Shown here piece by piece: positions 28,860 to 40,718 of a stretch of 64,000 nucleotides of DNA. The stretch covers positions 192,448,001 through 192,512,000 of the forward strand of contig OZ024741.1 of assembly GCA_964016885.1 (NCBI GenBank). Direction: 5' to 3'. The stretch is from Eledone cirrhosa (Eukaryota). The translations under genes and the position numbers were made by a program. Every line of letters begins with the position of its first letter. The stretch's first letter is position 1. The notes beneath the pieces were generated by a model. That model was given only the letters and a program-made list of their open reading frames with translations. It had not been told where the DNA came from and searched no databases.

Positions 28860-29115
28860 AGCTGTCTCCTTGTGTCAAAGAAAGAACATTATTGACTATT
28901 TAATGAAACATAAACATACATACACATATATACATATATACACACATATACAGCTATATACACACACCTATATGTACAACATCCATTTCTGCCGTTTCTT
29001 CTTTTTGTCATAATCTACATTATTTATCATTATAGTGATCATCAGACTCATCATCACCATCATCGTCGCCCCCACCTCGGCCGCCGCCCCCACCACCACC
29101 ACCACCACCACCACC

Positions 29116-29147
<32 letters not shown>

Positions 29148-29435
29148 CAGCACCACCATCACCACCATCACCAACACATCAACAACACCACCACCATCAC
29201 CACCATCACCAACACATCAACAACAACAATCACAACCACCACCATACGCAAGCACATGTGTTCAGTTATCGATCAGTTAACAACCACCATCCAGAAGTAT
29301 CAATATCATCTTCCAGTCGAGAGGCTCCATAACGTTCCCATCATGCCACTGCTTTTTATTGGTACAAAACAACAACAATAACAGCCACACGGGCTTGGAA
29401 TACATTATATTCAATGGAATACATTATATTGGAAT

Positions 29436-29503
<68 letters not shown>

Positions 29504-29544
29504 CTATATCTATATATATCTCTCTCTCTATATATATAATAAAA

Positions 29545-30350
29545 AAGAAAATTTCGCTCTACATGGCTGAATACAATAAATGTAATCTGAGTTTTTCGAA
29601 TATTAATAATAACATTCGATTCGTTTGCAATTATGCAAACAAGCCTCAATTTTATAGCCATGTCAGTAGAATAAACCCTTCATTCTTGCTCTTGTGTTGG
29701 CATGTAAACAGAACTACAGACACTTCATCAGTACAGCTCACTGTTCACCTGCCAAACTGTCAGAACTAGTGAAAATATATGCTATTTTCATAAATATAGT
29801 GACTGATCGGCTTGATTTGCATATTATCAGACTGGCTGATCAGTCAGATCTACATATTAGCAGATCCATTGATCAGCCACATTTGCATATCAGCACACTG
29901 GCCAATCAGTTTCCTGTATACGAGCGATAAATGGCCGGCTTTTCCAAGTTCAAATAAAAAAGAAATTTTCGCTGAATACAATAAATGTAATCTGAGTTTT
30001 TCGAATATTAATAATGTTTCTACTTTTGGCACAAGGCCATCAATTTCCAGTGCATTACTGGTACTTTATTTTATCGATCCCGTAAGGATGAAAAGCAAAG
30101 TTAACCTCGACGGGATTTGAACTCAGACTGTAAAGGGATGTAACTATGCTGGAAAGCATGGCGTCCGACCCTCTACCGATACTGCCAATTCACCGCCATT
30201 CGATTCGTTTGCTATTATGCAAACAAGCCTCAATTTTATAGCCATGTCAGTAGAATAAACCCTTCATTCTTGCTCGGGAACAGAGAGCTGTACTGATGAA
30301 GGGTGATACCCAGAAACATTAGTGTTTGCAGTTCTGTTCACATGCCAACA
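29545..30350. mobile_element. Family-D element copies with a nested SINE
   Basis: Minus copy 29560-29950 with deleted ribozyme core, SINE insertion 30010-30198, plus-strand hammerhead 30285-30334 (CTGATGA 30293-30299, GAAA 30313-30316). Confidence 0.8.
30010..30198 (-). mobile_element. tRNA-derived SINE (major family)
   Basis: Matches 12961-13146; interrupts the family-D tail at AATAAT|CATTCGATTCG. Confidence 0.88.
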
Positions 30351-30689
30351 CACGCTGGTTTTGTTTCTCGATACTTGATATAAATATCTCAGTCTGTAGG
30401 ACGAGTTATGTATAATCAGTTACAAAAGTGACATATACAGATACTTAAGTTTCGTTGGGTTGTTACCCCAACTCACGCAGTCTGCCATATTGTAATGGAG
30501 TACCTCCAGAGAGATTCTTAATAGTATAAGAGAGTTCTAAGGGCAGAATCCAAACATTACCAATTAATTACACAAATAAATTAAATTCTATAAATGTAAG
30601 GGAGATAACACTAAGGGAAAAAGATAGATAACTCGCGTTCAACTGGTAAACAAGAGTTAATTTGAAAAGTCAAAAATATTAATCTGGTC

Positions 30690-31190
30690 TAGAACATTTT
30701 CGGAACACAATTTGCTTCGTGGGAGTAATGAGTGTAATAATCCAGGCGTGCATTTAGGCAGTTTATTTTAAAGACAGTTCTGAGAGTATATTCCATTTGT
30801 CATCACTGCATAACTGACAAAATTTCGCTCTCGCGGGTGGATTTTTTAATATCCTCCATTTAATGGAAAAAGCTGTGCCATTTTCGTTGAGGCTTCACAC
30901 GTGGTTTGCAAGCAAAGTGATAGGTTTTTTAATATCAGAATGTCTGAAGATCATTTCGTTGTTCAGAAAATGGCTTTTGAACCGGCTTTCAGACATTCCT
31001 ACATAAGTCCAGGTTCTGATTGGCAGAGGTCACTTCAGCTTCATATACCATAGCTGGAGTGTTACACTGTTGGACCAGGGGGCATGCTTCTGGCCTTCTG
31101 CATTAGCATCCGGAAGGTGGAAGGCTTTTCCGTTTGTTGAAGATGTGGGATTTCATACTTTTGTACACGAGTAGAGTATTTTCACTATGT
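30690..31190 (-). pseudogene. Degenerate PLE GIY-YIG fragment
   Basis: Minus strand CRRPEACP...QCNTPAMVYEAEVTS...YVGMSESRFKSHF. Confidence 0.72.
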
Positions 31191-31313
31191 GGTGGCTAAA
31201 TATTTGCTGATATTGATGACCTACAGGGAAGTGTGAATGTAAATGTGCTGAGAATTTTCTACCTATACACACATACACAGATATATATTACTCTACTATT
31301 TCTCCCCCCCCCC

Positions 31314-31356
<43 letters not shown>

Positions 31357-31372
31357 ACTATCTATCTATCTT

Positions 31373-31421
<49 letters not shown>

Positions 31422-31829
31422 AACTATTGGGGAAAATCGACTAACTTTTAAATTCCATCTGTGATAACATTTTACACGTTTTTATTGTATGTAAACTTCC
31501 CCCTTTGTATTTGTCCCCTTCTTTTGTGCCCCTGTGGCTAATAAAGAAATCTATCTATCTATAACTAACTAACTATCTATCTATCTATAGATATCTATAG
31601 CCTGAAGGTTGAGGAAAAAGAGGAAGAGAGGAAAGGGGTACAAACTCTTCGTACTCCTGGAGATGAGGGTTGCACAATTTTCTGGGGTATGTGTTCCCCA
31701 TAGGAAATGTTTCCCCCTATTGGGGAAAATCGATTAATTTTTAAATTAAATTTGTGATAGCATTTTACACGTTTTTATTGTATATAAACTTCCCCCTTTG
31801 TATTTGTCCCCTTCTTTTGTGTCCCTGTG

Positions 31830-32943
31830 GCTTAGTGGGATCACAGGTAAGCTAACTAAGAACATAGATTTTACATGTGGCCGGTGCTCTGGTGCAATAA
31901 GTAGCAGCAAGTGCCCACAAACTACTAGCTCTTTCAATTGCGCAGAGGGTTCTATAGAAATAGTGGACAGCTTCCGTTACCTGGGCGATAAAATCAGCAG
32001 TGGGGGAGGGTGCTCTGAAAGTACTGTAGCTAGAGTCAGAACTGGTTGGAAAAAGTTCAGAGAGCTTATACCACTATTAGCTGCTAAAGGGTTCTCACTA
32101 AAAATGAAAGGCAGGTTGTACGATGCCTGCATACGAACAGCAATGCTGCATGGCAGTGAGACCTGGGCATTGTGTGCAGAGGATATACGCAGACTAGAGA
32201 GGAACGAAGCTTGCATGCTCCGCTGGATGTGTAACAGTAATATACGTGAACGGCAAAGCATAAACGAACTAAGGAAAAAATTAGAGATAAGAGGGATCAG
32301 ATGTTGTTTACTCGAGAGAAGGCTACGTTGGTATGGACACGTGATGCGCATGAAAGTCGATAGCTGTATAACAAAGTGCAGGGCAATAAAGATAGACGGT
32401 AGTCACGGAATAGGCAGACCTAGAAAAACCTGGGACGAGCTGATAAACTCCGACATCACACACTTACACCTCTCCAAGACAATGTCACTGGACCGAGACC
32501 TTTGGCGGTACTCAGTAACAGAGAAGACCCGCCTTACCTAAATATATAGTAAAACCTACTCCAGCCAGTAGGCATCTCTAACAAAATACACCCCGTCCCA
32601 CCACCCCCACCCCCACCCGATCCACACCACCCCGTTCTATGTAAAGTTATGTTGGTGCCGCGCCATCGAGGCCGAAACAAATGAGATCGTGTAGGTGTCA
32701 CGACAAAAAAACACACAGTCCACGCTGTAATGTGGCCGTGTAGGCAACACGGTAAAAACCTCCCAGACCCACACTGTAAATGTGGTTGGTGTTAGGAAGG
32801 GCATCCAACTGTAGAAAACCTGCCAGACAGTCCTATGCGAGCAAGACAATCACTCTTGCCTCAAGTGGGACTACCCCCGTCCAAACCCATGCAAGCGTGG
32901 AACACGGACGTTAAACGTTGATGATGATGATGATGATGATGAT
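31830..32943 (+). mobile_element. 5'-truncated RTE LINE with (GAT)n tail
   Basis: EIVDSFRYLGD...GWKKFREL...MLHGSETW...RLRWYGHVMR...GRPRKTW; 3' end GGACGTTAAACGTTGATGATGAT. Confidence 0.9.
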
Positions 32944-33515
32944 CTATCTATCTATATAATTTTTTTTATTTCCCACCACAAAAGGACCTGTGACAGACAC
33001 ATTAAACCCCGCTCACATGTGTGTATTGCTAAAGGGACCTGTCACAGACAGGCTAAACACACACACACATGTATGTATTGTTATATATACACCCTTACAC
33101 TATATATACACACTCCCTAAAACCATATTCCAAATAGAATTTCTCTTACAATCCTAATGCTGCCATAGAATTTGCCTCTAGCTTACAATTCACCATCCAC
33201 TTTAGAACTCTTGATCAGTCAATTAACGCAATCAGATATACACACATATTTACAGGATGTTTCCCCCCCCCCCCCCCCCAAAAAAAAAAAATAAAACAAC
33301 AATTTTGTTCTGTGAAGAAACACAACCATTAACACTGATACTGCTATCTTTACTACCACCCCTCTCTATTAACAAGAACTCATTCCCCAGCCCACTTTTG
33401 AGCAAGAAAGATGGGGGAAAAAACTTACTCCAACACTTAATTTTAATTTTAAATCTTTAATTTTTAATTTTTAGTTCTTAACTCCTATTCTTTTAAACTT
33501 TTTATTTCAAACTGA

Positions 33516-33561
33516 ACATTTGATAAGATGAATTTTAATAATACATCGAAACCGGTAATAC
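33516..33561 (+). ncRNA. Degenerate hammerhead motif, U3-A8 core
   Basis: TTGATAA (33520-33526) GATG...CATC GAAA CCGG TA; stem I reduced to about 2 bp. Confidence 0.5.
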
Positions 33562-34612
33562 TTTACATACTTTATATACATTATAAAACTTTTTTTAAAA
33601 AGAATTGTCCCTTTTATTTTTTCAATAAATCAATCTGTGAACGCAGAAGTAAATATTTCGAAAATCGTTACAACCAAAGGAAAACAGGAAGACGATACTT
33701 TGGTTCGTGAAGACATTCCATGGCAATGAACGGAAAAAAGCGAAGATAATACTTCGTTATGTTGACAATGAGAACAATTATACACAAAGACAAAACCACG
33801 CTTATGGTATAAATGGAGTCATTAGACTAATATTCTATTTAGGAAACCGAATAATTCTCAGCTTCGGAGTTAAGAATAATGTAAATAAATAAAAATGACA
33901 AGGGTTATTAAAATCATAAAAGTAATAATATCGTTATAGGTAATCCAGTTAGAGGTTGTGAATACTCCGTATTGTGGATAGTTTTAGCGTACGGCGTTGT
34001 TTGACTCAACAAGAGGTTTCCGTAGGTGGCGAGATTGTGAGTTCTCTTGAATTCCTATGTAAGTTTATCTTGGAGTAATAATATTGAAAGAGTGAAGAAT
34101 AACTTGGTCAACAGTACAAAAAAGGGTTTTATTTATAGTATTAACAATTGTTTCACTGATTAAGTTGTCTAAAAATTGTTGAACACTTGGAGCTGTGTCA
34201 CTCAATTTTAAATACGTTGTTAGCTTAACCAGATCATCAGAAGGAACTGTTAAAAATATGCTCAGCGTTTACGAATTTAAATTACATCATTAATAAAGAA
34301 AGAGAGAGAAAAATGAATAGAGAAAAAAAGAGAGAAAGAAGATAGAAAAAAGAAAGAAGAGAAAAGGATGAAAAAAAAAGAAAAAGAAAAAGAAAAAGAA
34401 AAAGAAAAAGAAAAAGAAAAAGAAAAAGAAAGAACAAGGACAACAACAATAAATGAATAAATGGTAATAAACAAGTTACGAGGATGATAAAAAACAATAC
34501 AAAATATGATAAAAAATATCTTTTTCTTTTTTCTTTTTTCTTTTTTCTATCTTCTTTCTCTCTTTTTTTCAACACGCTGACGCTCATGTGTGTGTATGTG
34601 CACGTACATACA

Positions 34613-34658
<46 letters not shown>

Positions 34659-34957
34659 TGTTTGGAAATTTATACCATGCCTTCGGATCTTTATTTTAAT
34701 ACAAATACTCAGTTTTATATCATCTAGCTGTTCCCATAAATGGAATTGGTGATATACAAAAGCGTGGAGAACTTAATATTGGTAACAAAAATTTATTGTA
34801 CCGTATGACACAAGCAATAATACATCTTACTATATATATATTTATTAAAATAACAGATTAAAGTTTAAGCAAAGAATCGCTGCTTTCACCCTTAACGGGG
34901 TCTTCTGAAACTAACAAAGACCCCTCTTTGGATTTTAGTCTTCAAATTTATTATTAT

Positions 34958-35006
<49 letters not shown>

Positions 35007-35012
<6 letters not shown>

Positions 35013-35658
35013 GGCTTTCCTGGTGATTTCCTTCGAATGAAACAGTTCTAGTCCTGTAGAAGCCATATATATATATATATATATACATATATAGTTTTTC
35101 AAATATTAATAATAACATTCGATTCGTTTGCAATTATGCAAAAAAAGCCTCAATTTTGTTGAACCCTTAATTCTTGCTCTTGTGTTGGCATGTGAACAGA
35201 GCTGCAGACACTAATATTTCTGGGTATCACCCTTCATCAGTACAGCTCACTGTTCACCTGCCAAACTGTCAGAGCTAGTGAAAATATATGCTATTTTCAA
35301 AAATACACAGTGACTGATTGGCCTGATTTGCATATTAGCAGACTGGCTGATCAGTCAGATCTGCATATTAGCAGATCCACTGATCAGCCAGATTTGCATA
35401 TCAGCAGACTGGCCAGTCAGTTTCCTGTATGCGAGCAATAAGGGTTCATTCTACTGACATGGCTATAAAATTGAGGCTTGTTTGCATAATTGCAAACGAA
35501 TCGAAAGTTATTATTAATATTTGAAAAACTCAGATCACATTTATTGTATTCAACCACGTAGAGCGAACATTTTCTTTTATATATACTTATATATATATAT
35601 AGCTTCTACAGGACTAGAACTGTTTCATTCGAAGGAAATCACCAGGTGAGCCCTGATA
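35007..35658. repeat. Nested fold-back: outer inverted arms (CTGGTGA hammerhead-like) around a family-D element
   Basis: 35007-35063 is the reverse complement of 35602-35658; inner arms 35093-35157 / 35466-35530; family-D hammerhead on the minus strand at 35199-35248. Confidence 0.85.
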
Positions 35659-35776
35659 TATATATATATATATATATATATAGATCCAGGGAGTGTAACT
35701 TGGAGTTACTGTAGGTTCACCCGGGTGAGCACTTGATGTTTAGGTCCACTTCAGTGTCGAGGTGTAGAGCTACACA

Positions 35777-36085
35777 GAGTGTATTATAGTGAAATAAAAT
35801 AACAAGGACGATTGTTTACTCCTTCATTACGTTTATTGGTTGGTGACGCGCGTTTCGCCACTGATCAGCTCAAGGTTCGATCTGTATCAATCTGACCCGA
35901 CTCTGTAATTTGCGGCTCGTCAGACCCCTTGTAATGGTCTGACGAGCCACGGTATACAGAGTCGGGTCAGATCGATACAGATGGAACCTTGAGCTGATCA
36001 GTGGCGAAACGCGCGTCACCAACCAATAAACGTAATGAAGGAGTAAACAATCGGCCTTGTTATTTTATTTCACTATAATACACTC
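35777..36085. repeat. Inverted repeat carrying two divergent hammerhead ribozymes
   Basis: Arms of about 150 bp each, centre about 35930. Confidence 0.92.
35935..36021 (+). ncRNA. Minimal type-I hammerhead ribozyme
   Basis: TGGT CTGACGA (35939-35945) GCCAC...GTGGC GAAA (36006-36009) CGCGCG TC ACCA, then AATAAA; mirror copy on minus at 35841-35927. Confidence 0.9.
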
Positions 36086-36088
36086 GTA

Positions 36089-36152
<64 letters not shown>

Positions 36153-37231
36153 GAACGCCAAGGTGGAGTTTCCACCGATCACATTGCCCGATTGGTCGAG
36201 GGCTGTGAGCGCCTGAAGACATTCCAGTCTCCAAGCGCTCCCTCTCGGTCTTCGCTTGACCCAGGACTGCAGCTCCCTCAAGGAGATGCGCTGGGGAAAG
36301 ACGCGTCTAGCAAACGGCGACCACACCTGATCACCGTCGAGGAAGAGGTGGAGATGTCGTAGCCTGAGCGCCTATCTGCGCATCATTAGCCACGGCATGC
36401 CCAGCCCCCCCACGTAGCGGGTGTTGACTATCCAATCTCTTTGGAAGGACTTTCGAGCCGGGGCCTATGGACAACTTCCAGAAATCCCTGGCCTGGCAGT
36501 CCTACCGAGGAGCTTTGCCAGTTCGGGATAAACTCTACAGGCATGGAGGTGCCGTCAGCCGGGCATGTCCGAGATGCGCGCAGGGCGATGAAACCATCCA
36601 GCATGCACTCGTCCAGTGTCCGAACATTGCTGACTTGTGGGTTTATGTCGAACACCTGGTGTTGCGTGTAGAACGGATCCGACTATCAGCTGAGTCCATC
36701 GTGAGGATTGCCCCTCCGTCTTCCTTTAGCCGGGAAGAGCAGGCAGTTTTTATGTGTCTGGTGGCCATGGCGAAAGAGATAGTATGGTGGACACGTTTGA
36801 AAGAGCTGAAGAAGAGCACTTACCTCTTCGGTGATGCCCTGATTGACTTTTTCAAATTTCATTTAAAAAGGAAAATCAGGGTAGAAAGGGAAGTGCTCTC
36901 TTCCCAGCATTTTGTTGAAAGGTGGGTGAGAGAGTCAAGAATGGCCCGAGTGAATGGACCTACTCTGAGTATGTGTCTGTAAATTAAAGGTGGAAAACTG
37001 GGAGAGGGTACTTGCCCTGGTGGTCAGGGTCACTGTGGCTTTTTAATGGGCTTTCTCCACGAATGTCCCTCGGAATTCTTCCCCCTATTGGGGAATTTTT
37101 TCATTGTTCTATTATTACATCCTCTGTTTCTTGTTTTTTACACGCAGAAATGCCCATTTGTACCGCCCTGTATTGTCCTGTACTGTCCTTAATGTCTACT
37201 TTATGTAGACTCTTGTGGTTAATAAAGAAAG

Positions 37232-37232
<1 letters not shown>
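36153..37232 (+). mobile_element. L1/Tx1-type LINE 3' end with an inverted 5' segment
   Basis: zf-RVT-like LPVRDKL..CPRC...ETIQHALVQCP (36467..36982), AATAAA near the 3' end; 36153-36428 reads QHPLRGGLGMPWL on minus; (TTA)n on both sides. Confidence 0.85.
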
Positions 37233-37274
<42 letters not shown>

Positions 37275-37619
37275 GATTTTCCTTTTCCTTCAGGGTTTCT
37301 GATATATGCCGAGTGTCTACCTGACACCTAGGGCAAATAAATTCGCTGTATACATTGGTAAGCCAGTTAACACACCACATTGAATATAATTTGCGTTTTA
37401 TCATTCTTACAGAGGGATGTCATTCTTACAGAAATAGTGCTTTACTCCCCCACACCCCCACACTGGCACACACACACACATCCACACAAGGAGGGATATC
37501 ATTCTTACAGAGACAGTGCTCTTCTCAATACGTAGGCAGTACGAGTCAAAACAATTTTTTGCACCTCTTGCAGATGGTAAACCAGGAATCATTCGCAAAT
37601 ACTGTTATGTTCCTTTCTT

Positions 37620-38995
37620 GATCATTTCCAGTGGCCCCACAATCATTGGTATTGTAACGGCCTTGAGGTGCCACATTTTTTCGATTTCAATAAGCAGATC
37701 TTTACATTTTCTCAGCCTGTCAAATTCTTTTGCCGCGATATTGTGATCACATGGGATGCTCAAATCAATCAATAAACAAACCTTGCAATGTTGGTACTTA
37801 ACAATATTTGGTCTATTAGTTTTTATGGTCCTGTCAGTATGTACAGGAAAGTCCTAAAGAATTGTTACTTTTTCTCCTTCAGTTACAGCCTCAGGGTGAT
37901 GATTGTACCACTTGACAGCAGCTTTTATTTTATAATGCCAACATATTACTCAGTGTAGATATTGGCCAACTCTGTCATGTCTATATTTGTACTCTACTGG
38001 GGCTAAAACTTTACATCCAGGATCTAGGTAGTCCACTATTTCAACCTCAACGTTGCAGAATCGGCACTTTAGATTTATTCCTTTTCTCACCACATTGGCC
38101 TGGTAATTCCGTGTCAGTAAGTTTTGATCTTGGACAGCTAAGATGAAGCCTTCGCTCTCTGCTTTTAGCCGAGCTATGTAGCCACTAATGGGTGTGCTTT
38201 TGGTCAATACGAGCTTGTTTGATATGGGCCACATATTTGCCATGCAGAGATTTCTGCTCCCACTTTGATGCTAATTGCTCTTGCCCCTTTGCTTTTACAA
38301 TTAATTTTATGTGCTTAGCAGCATCAATTGCAACAGTTTCCTTAGTCTGTCCAGCCTGGGTGTCAAGGATGAGATCAGTAGCTTATTTTTTGCTCTCCTC
38401 CAAGATAGAATGAAGCTTCTTACTTCTCCCATGTTTGTCAACAAGTTTCAGCATACAGTCGTTTGTTGTTTCAAGGTATTTGGCCAGTCCAATAGTGGTG
38501 GTCTTGTAGGTAAGTTCAAATTGGATCAGGCCACGGCCTCCTTGAGTTCTAAGAAGGTAAAGACGATCCACATGTGCTTTCGGGTGATGCATCCTATTAC
38601 AAGTCAGTAACTTACAGAGTTTGGTGTCAGTTCTTTTAATTTCACTCATATTCCAGTTCAACACACCGAAGCTATAAGTGACAACTGGAACTGCCAATGA
38701 ATTTATAGCTAACACCTTGTTATGAGCATTTAGTTAAGATTTCAGAACTGTGCGTACTCTCCTGTAACATTCCTTCCTTATCCACTCTTTCATACTTGCA
38801 TGCTGAATGCCAGAGCCCTCATTATCCCTCATGTTCCTGCTCAAGTTTTTTATGACTGTTTCAGCATCTAATTCAACTGAGTTTCAGTTGACAAGCTTCC
38901 CCTTCTTGAAAGTGGCTTTGGCAAACTTATCAAGTCCAAACACCATCCTGGCGTCATCACTAAATGTTTTTACTGTCTGCAAAAGGCCTTCCAGC
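37620..38995 (-). mobile_element. R4/Dong-like (RLE) non-LTR retrotransposon fragment
   Basis: FGLDK, INSLAVPVVTYSFG, HPKAHVDRLYL...GGRGL, EGFILAVQDQ, CRFC, RHDRVGQYLH. Confidence 0.85.
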
Positions 38996-39017
38996 TCTTA
39001 TTATTATTATTATTATT

Positions 39018-39210
39018 GCGGTGGATTGGCAGTATCGGTAGAGGTTCGGACGCCATGCTTTGACGCATAGAGTTACGGCCCTTGCCATTCTGAGTTCAAA
39101 TCCCGCCGAGGTTAACTTTGCCTTTCATCCTTACGGGGTCGATAAAATAAAGTACCAGTAATGTACTGGGTAATTTTCTGGCCTTGTGCCAATAGTAGAA
39201 ACAATTATTA
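39018..39210 (+). mobile_element. tRNA-derived SINE (major family)
   Basis: Same family; sits in (TTA)n. Confidence 0.88.
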
Positions 39211-39309
39211 TTATTATTATTATTGTTGTTGTATTTATTCTTGGAGTCTCAGTCATTGATGTTATTTAACTGGAAAGCTTGTTCAAATGTACATCAAGCC
39301 GCTACCTGC

Positions 39310-40380
39310 AGCCTCAAATATTCAGGACGTATCGGAGTGTTCTTGCAAGCATACCTTTTGAAGTGTTTCAAAACAGGGGCCTGGACAAATATTCTTTAAT
39401 CATACTTGAAAACTCTTCGAGATAGTACCTAGTGCTACTATGGCAATCGGGACGATCTTGATCTCATGACAGTCCCAAATCTTTATAAATTCCCACTTTA
39501 ACTCCTGGTATCGGTTAATTTTCTCCCTCTCCTTTTCTTGAACTCTCGTGTTAAATGGTCAGGCTACATCTACAATCAGGCACGATCTTTTTCCCTTGTC
39601 AAAAACCACTAGGTCAGGCCTATTGTATTCTAATTTCTTGTCTGTCTGTATCTTGAAATCCCATAACACCTTCACTCGATCGTTTTCCATCACCAACTCC
39701 GACTTATGCTCATATCACATCTCAGAATGTGGTAAATTATTTAGTTTGCATAAATGCCAGTGAATCACTTTTCCTATTATATCGTGCCTCCATTCTTCAT
39801 AGTGAGATTGGGCTAGGTGTTTACACTCGCATACGATGTGAGCCACAGTCTCCTCTATCCCTCTCCCTCCACAGATCCTACACAGTGAGCTAGCCTCCTC
39901 CTTGTCAATATGGTGTTTCACCCACTTCATTCTGAGGGCCTGCTCTTGGGCAGCCATTACCATTTCTTCTGTAGCCTTTTTAAGGTCTCCTCTTCTTAGC
40001 TAATTCCATGTCTATGGATCTTTGAATTCCGTTTATTTAAAAAAAAGGTGCTATGAAGGGTTTTTTCATGAAGGTTGCTCTTCCTCTTTGTTGTTACTTC
40101 CTTCTTGGACACCCCCCGGTCTATCGTCTTCTGCTTCAGTACAATTTTGAGCATCGGCTCCCTACTCTCAGACACATATTTGTGTAGACAGGTTTTCTCC
40201 ATCTGAACACAGTCCTCTACGCTGATAAGACCTCTTCCGCCTTCAGACCTCTTTAAGTAGAATCTATCAACATCACTCCTCTTGTGGAACATGCTGTAGG
40301 TAGTCATTAGCTTCCTACTCTTCCTATCCATTTCTTTTTGTTCAGTAACATTCCATTTGAGAATTCCCGTACTGTACCTA
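39310..40380 (-). mobile_element. R4/Dong-like LINE 3' fragment
   Basis: RSDVDRFYLKRSEGGRGL, AAQEQAL, CRIC..ETVAHIVCEC, RHD, downstream RPDLVV..IVDVA (PD-D nuclease) and LQKVCL. Confidence 0.85.
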
Positions 40381-40382
40381 AT

Positions 40383-40577
40383 AATAATAATTGTTTCTAG
40401 TTTTGGCACAAGGCCAGCAATTACCCAGTACATTACTGGTATTTTATTTTATCGACCCCGTAAGGATGAAAGGCAAAGTTAACCTCGGCGGGATTTGAAC
40501 TCAGACCATAAAGGGCCGTAACTCTTTGCTGCAAGGCATGGCGTCAGACCCTCTACCGATACTGCCAATCCACCGCC
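40383..40577 (-). mobile_element. tRNA-derived SINE (major family)
   Basis: Same family; flanked by (TAA)n. Confidence 0.88.
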
Positions 40578-40718
40578 CTTACCTAATAATAATAATAATA
40601 ATAATAGTAATTATTATTATTCGAAATGTTATCGTTCTGGCAGATGTTACACCACCACTATACCAAAAGAGCGAACCATAACCAACGGACAAAGGTCTTT
40701 TGGGTCATTCTTTATCCT

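Noticed and set aside
29035-29280. Mucin-like Thr/Pro-rich ORFs (also 56674-57278)
   Set aside because: Trinucleotide microsatellites (ACC/ACT/AAC)n with no splice or homology support
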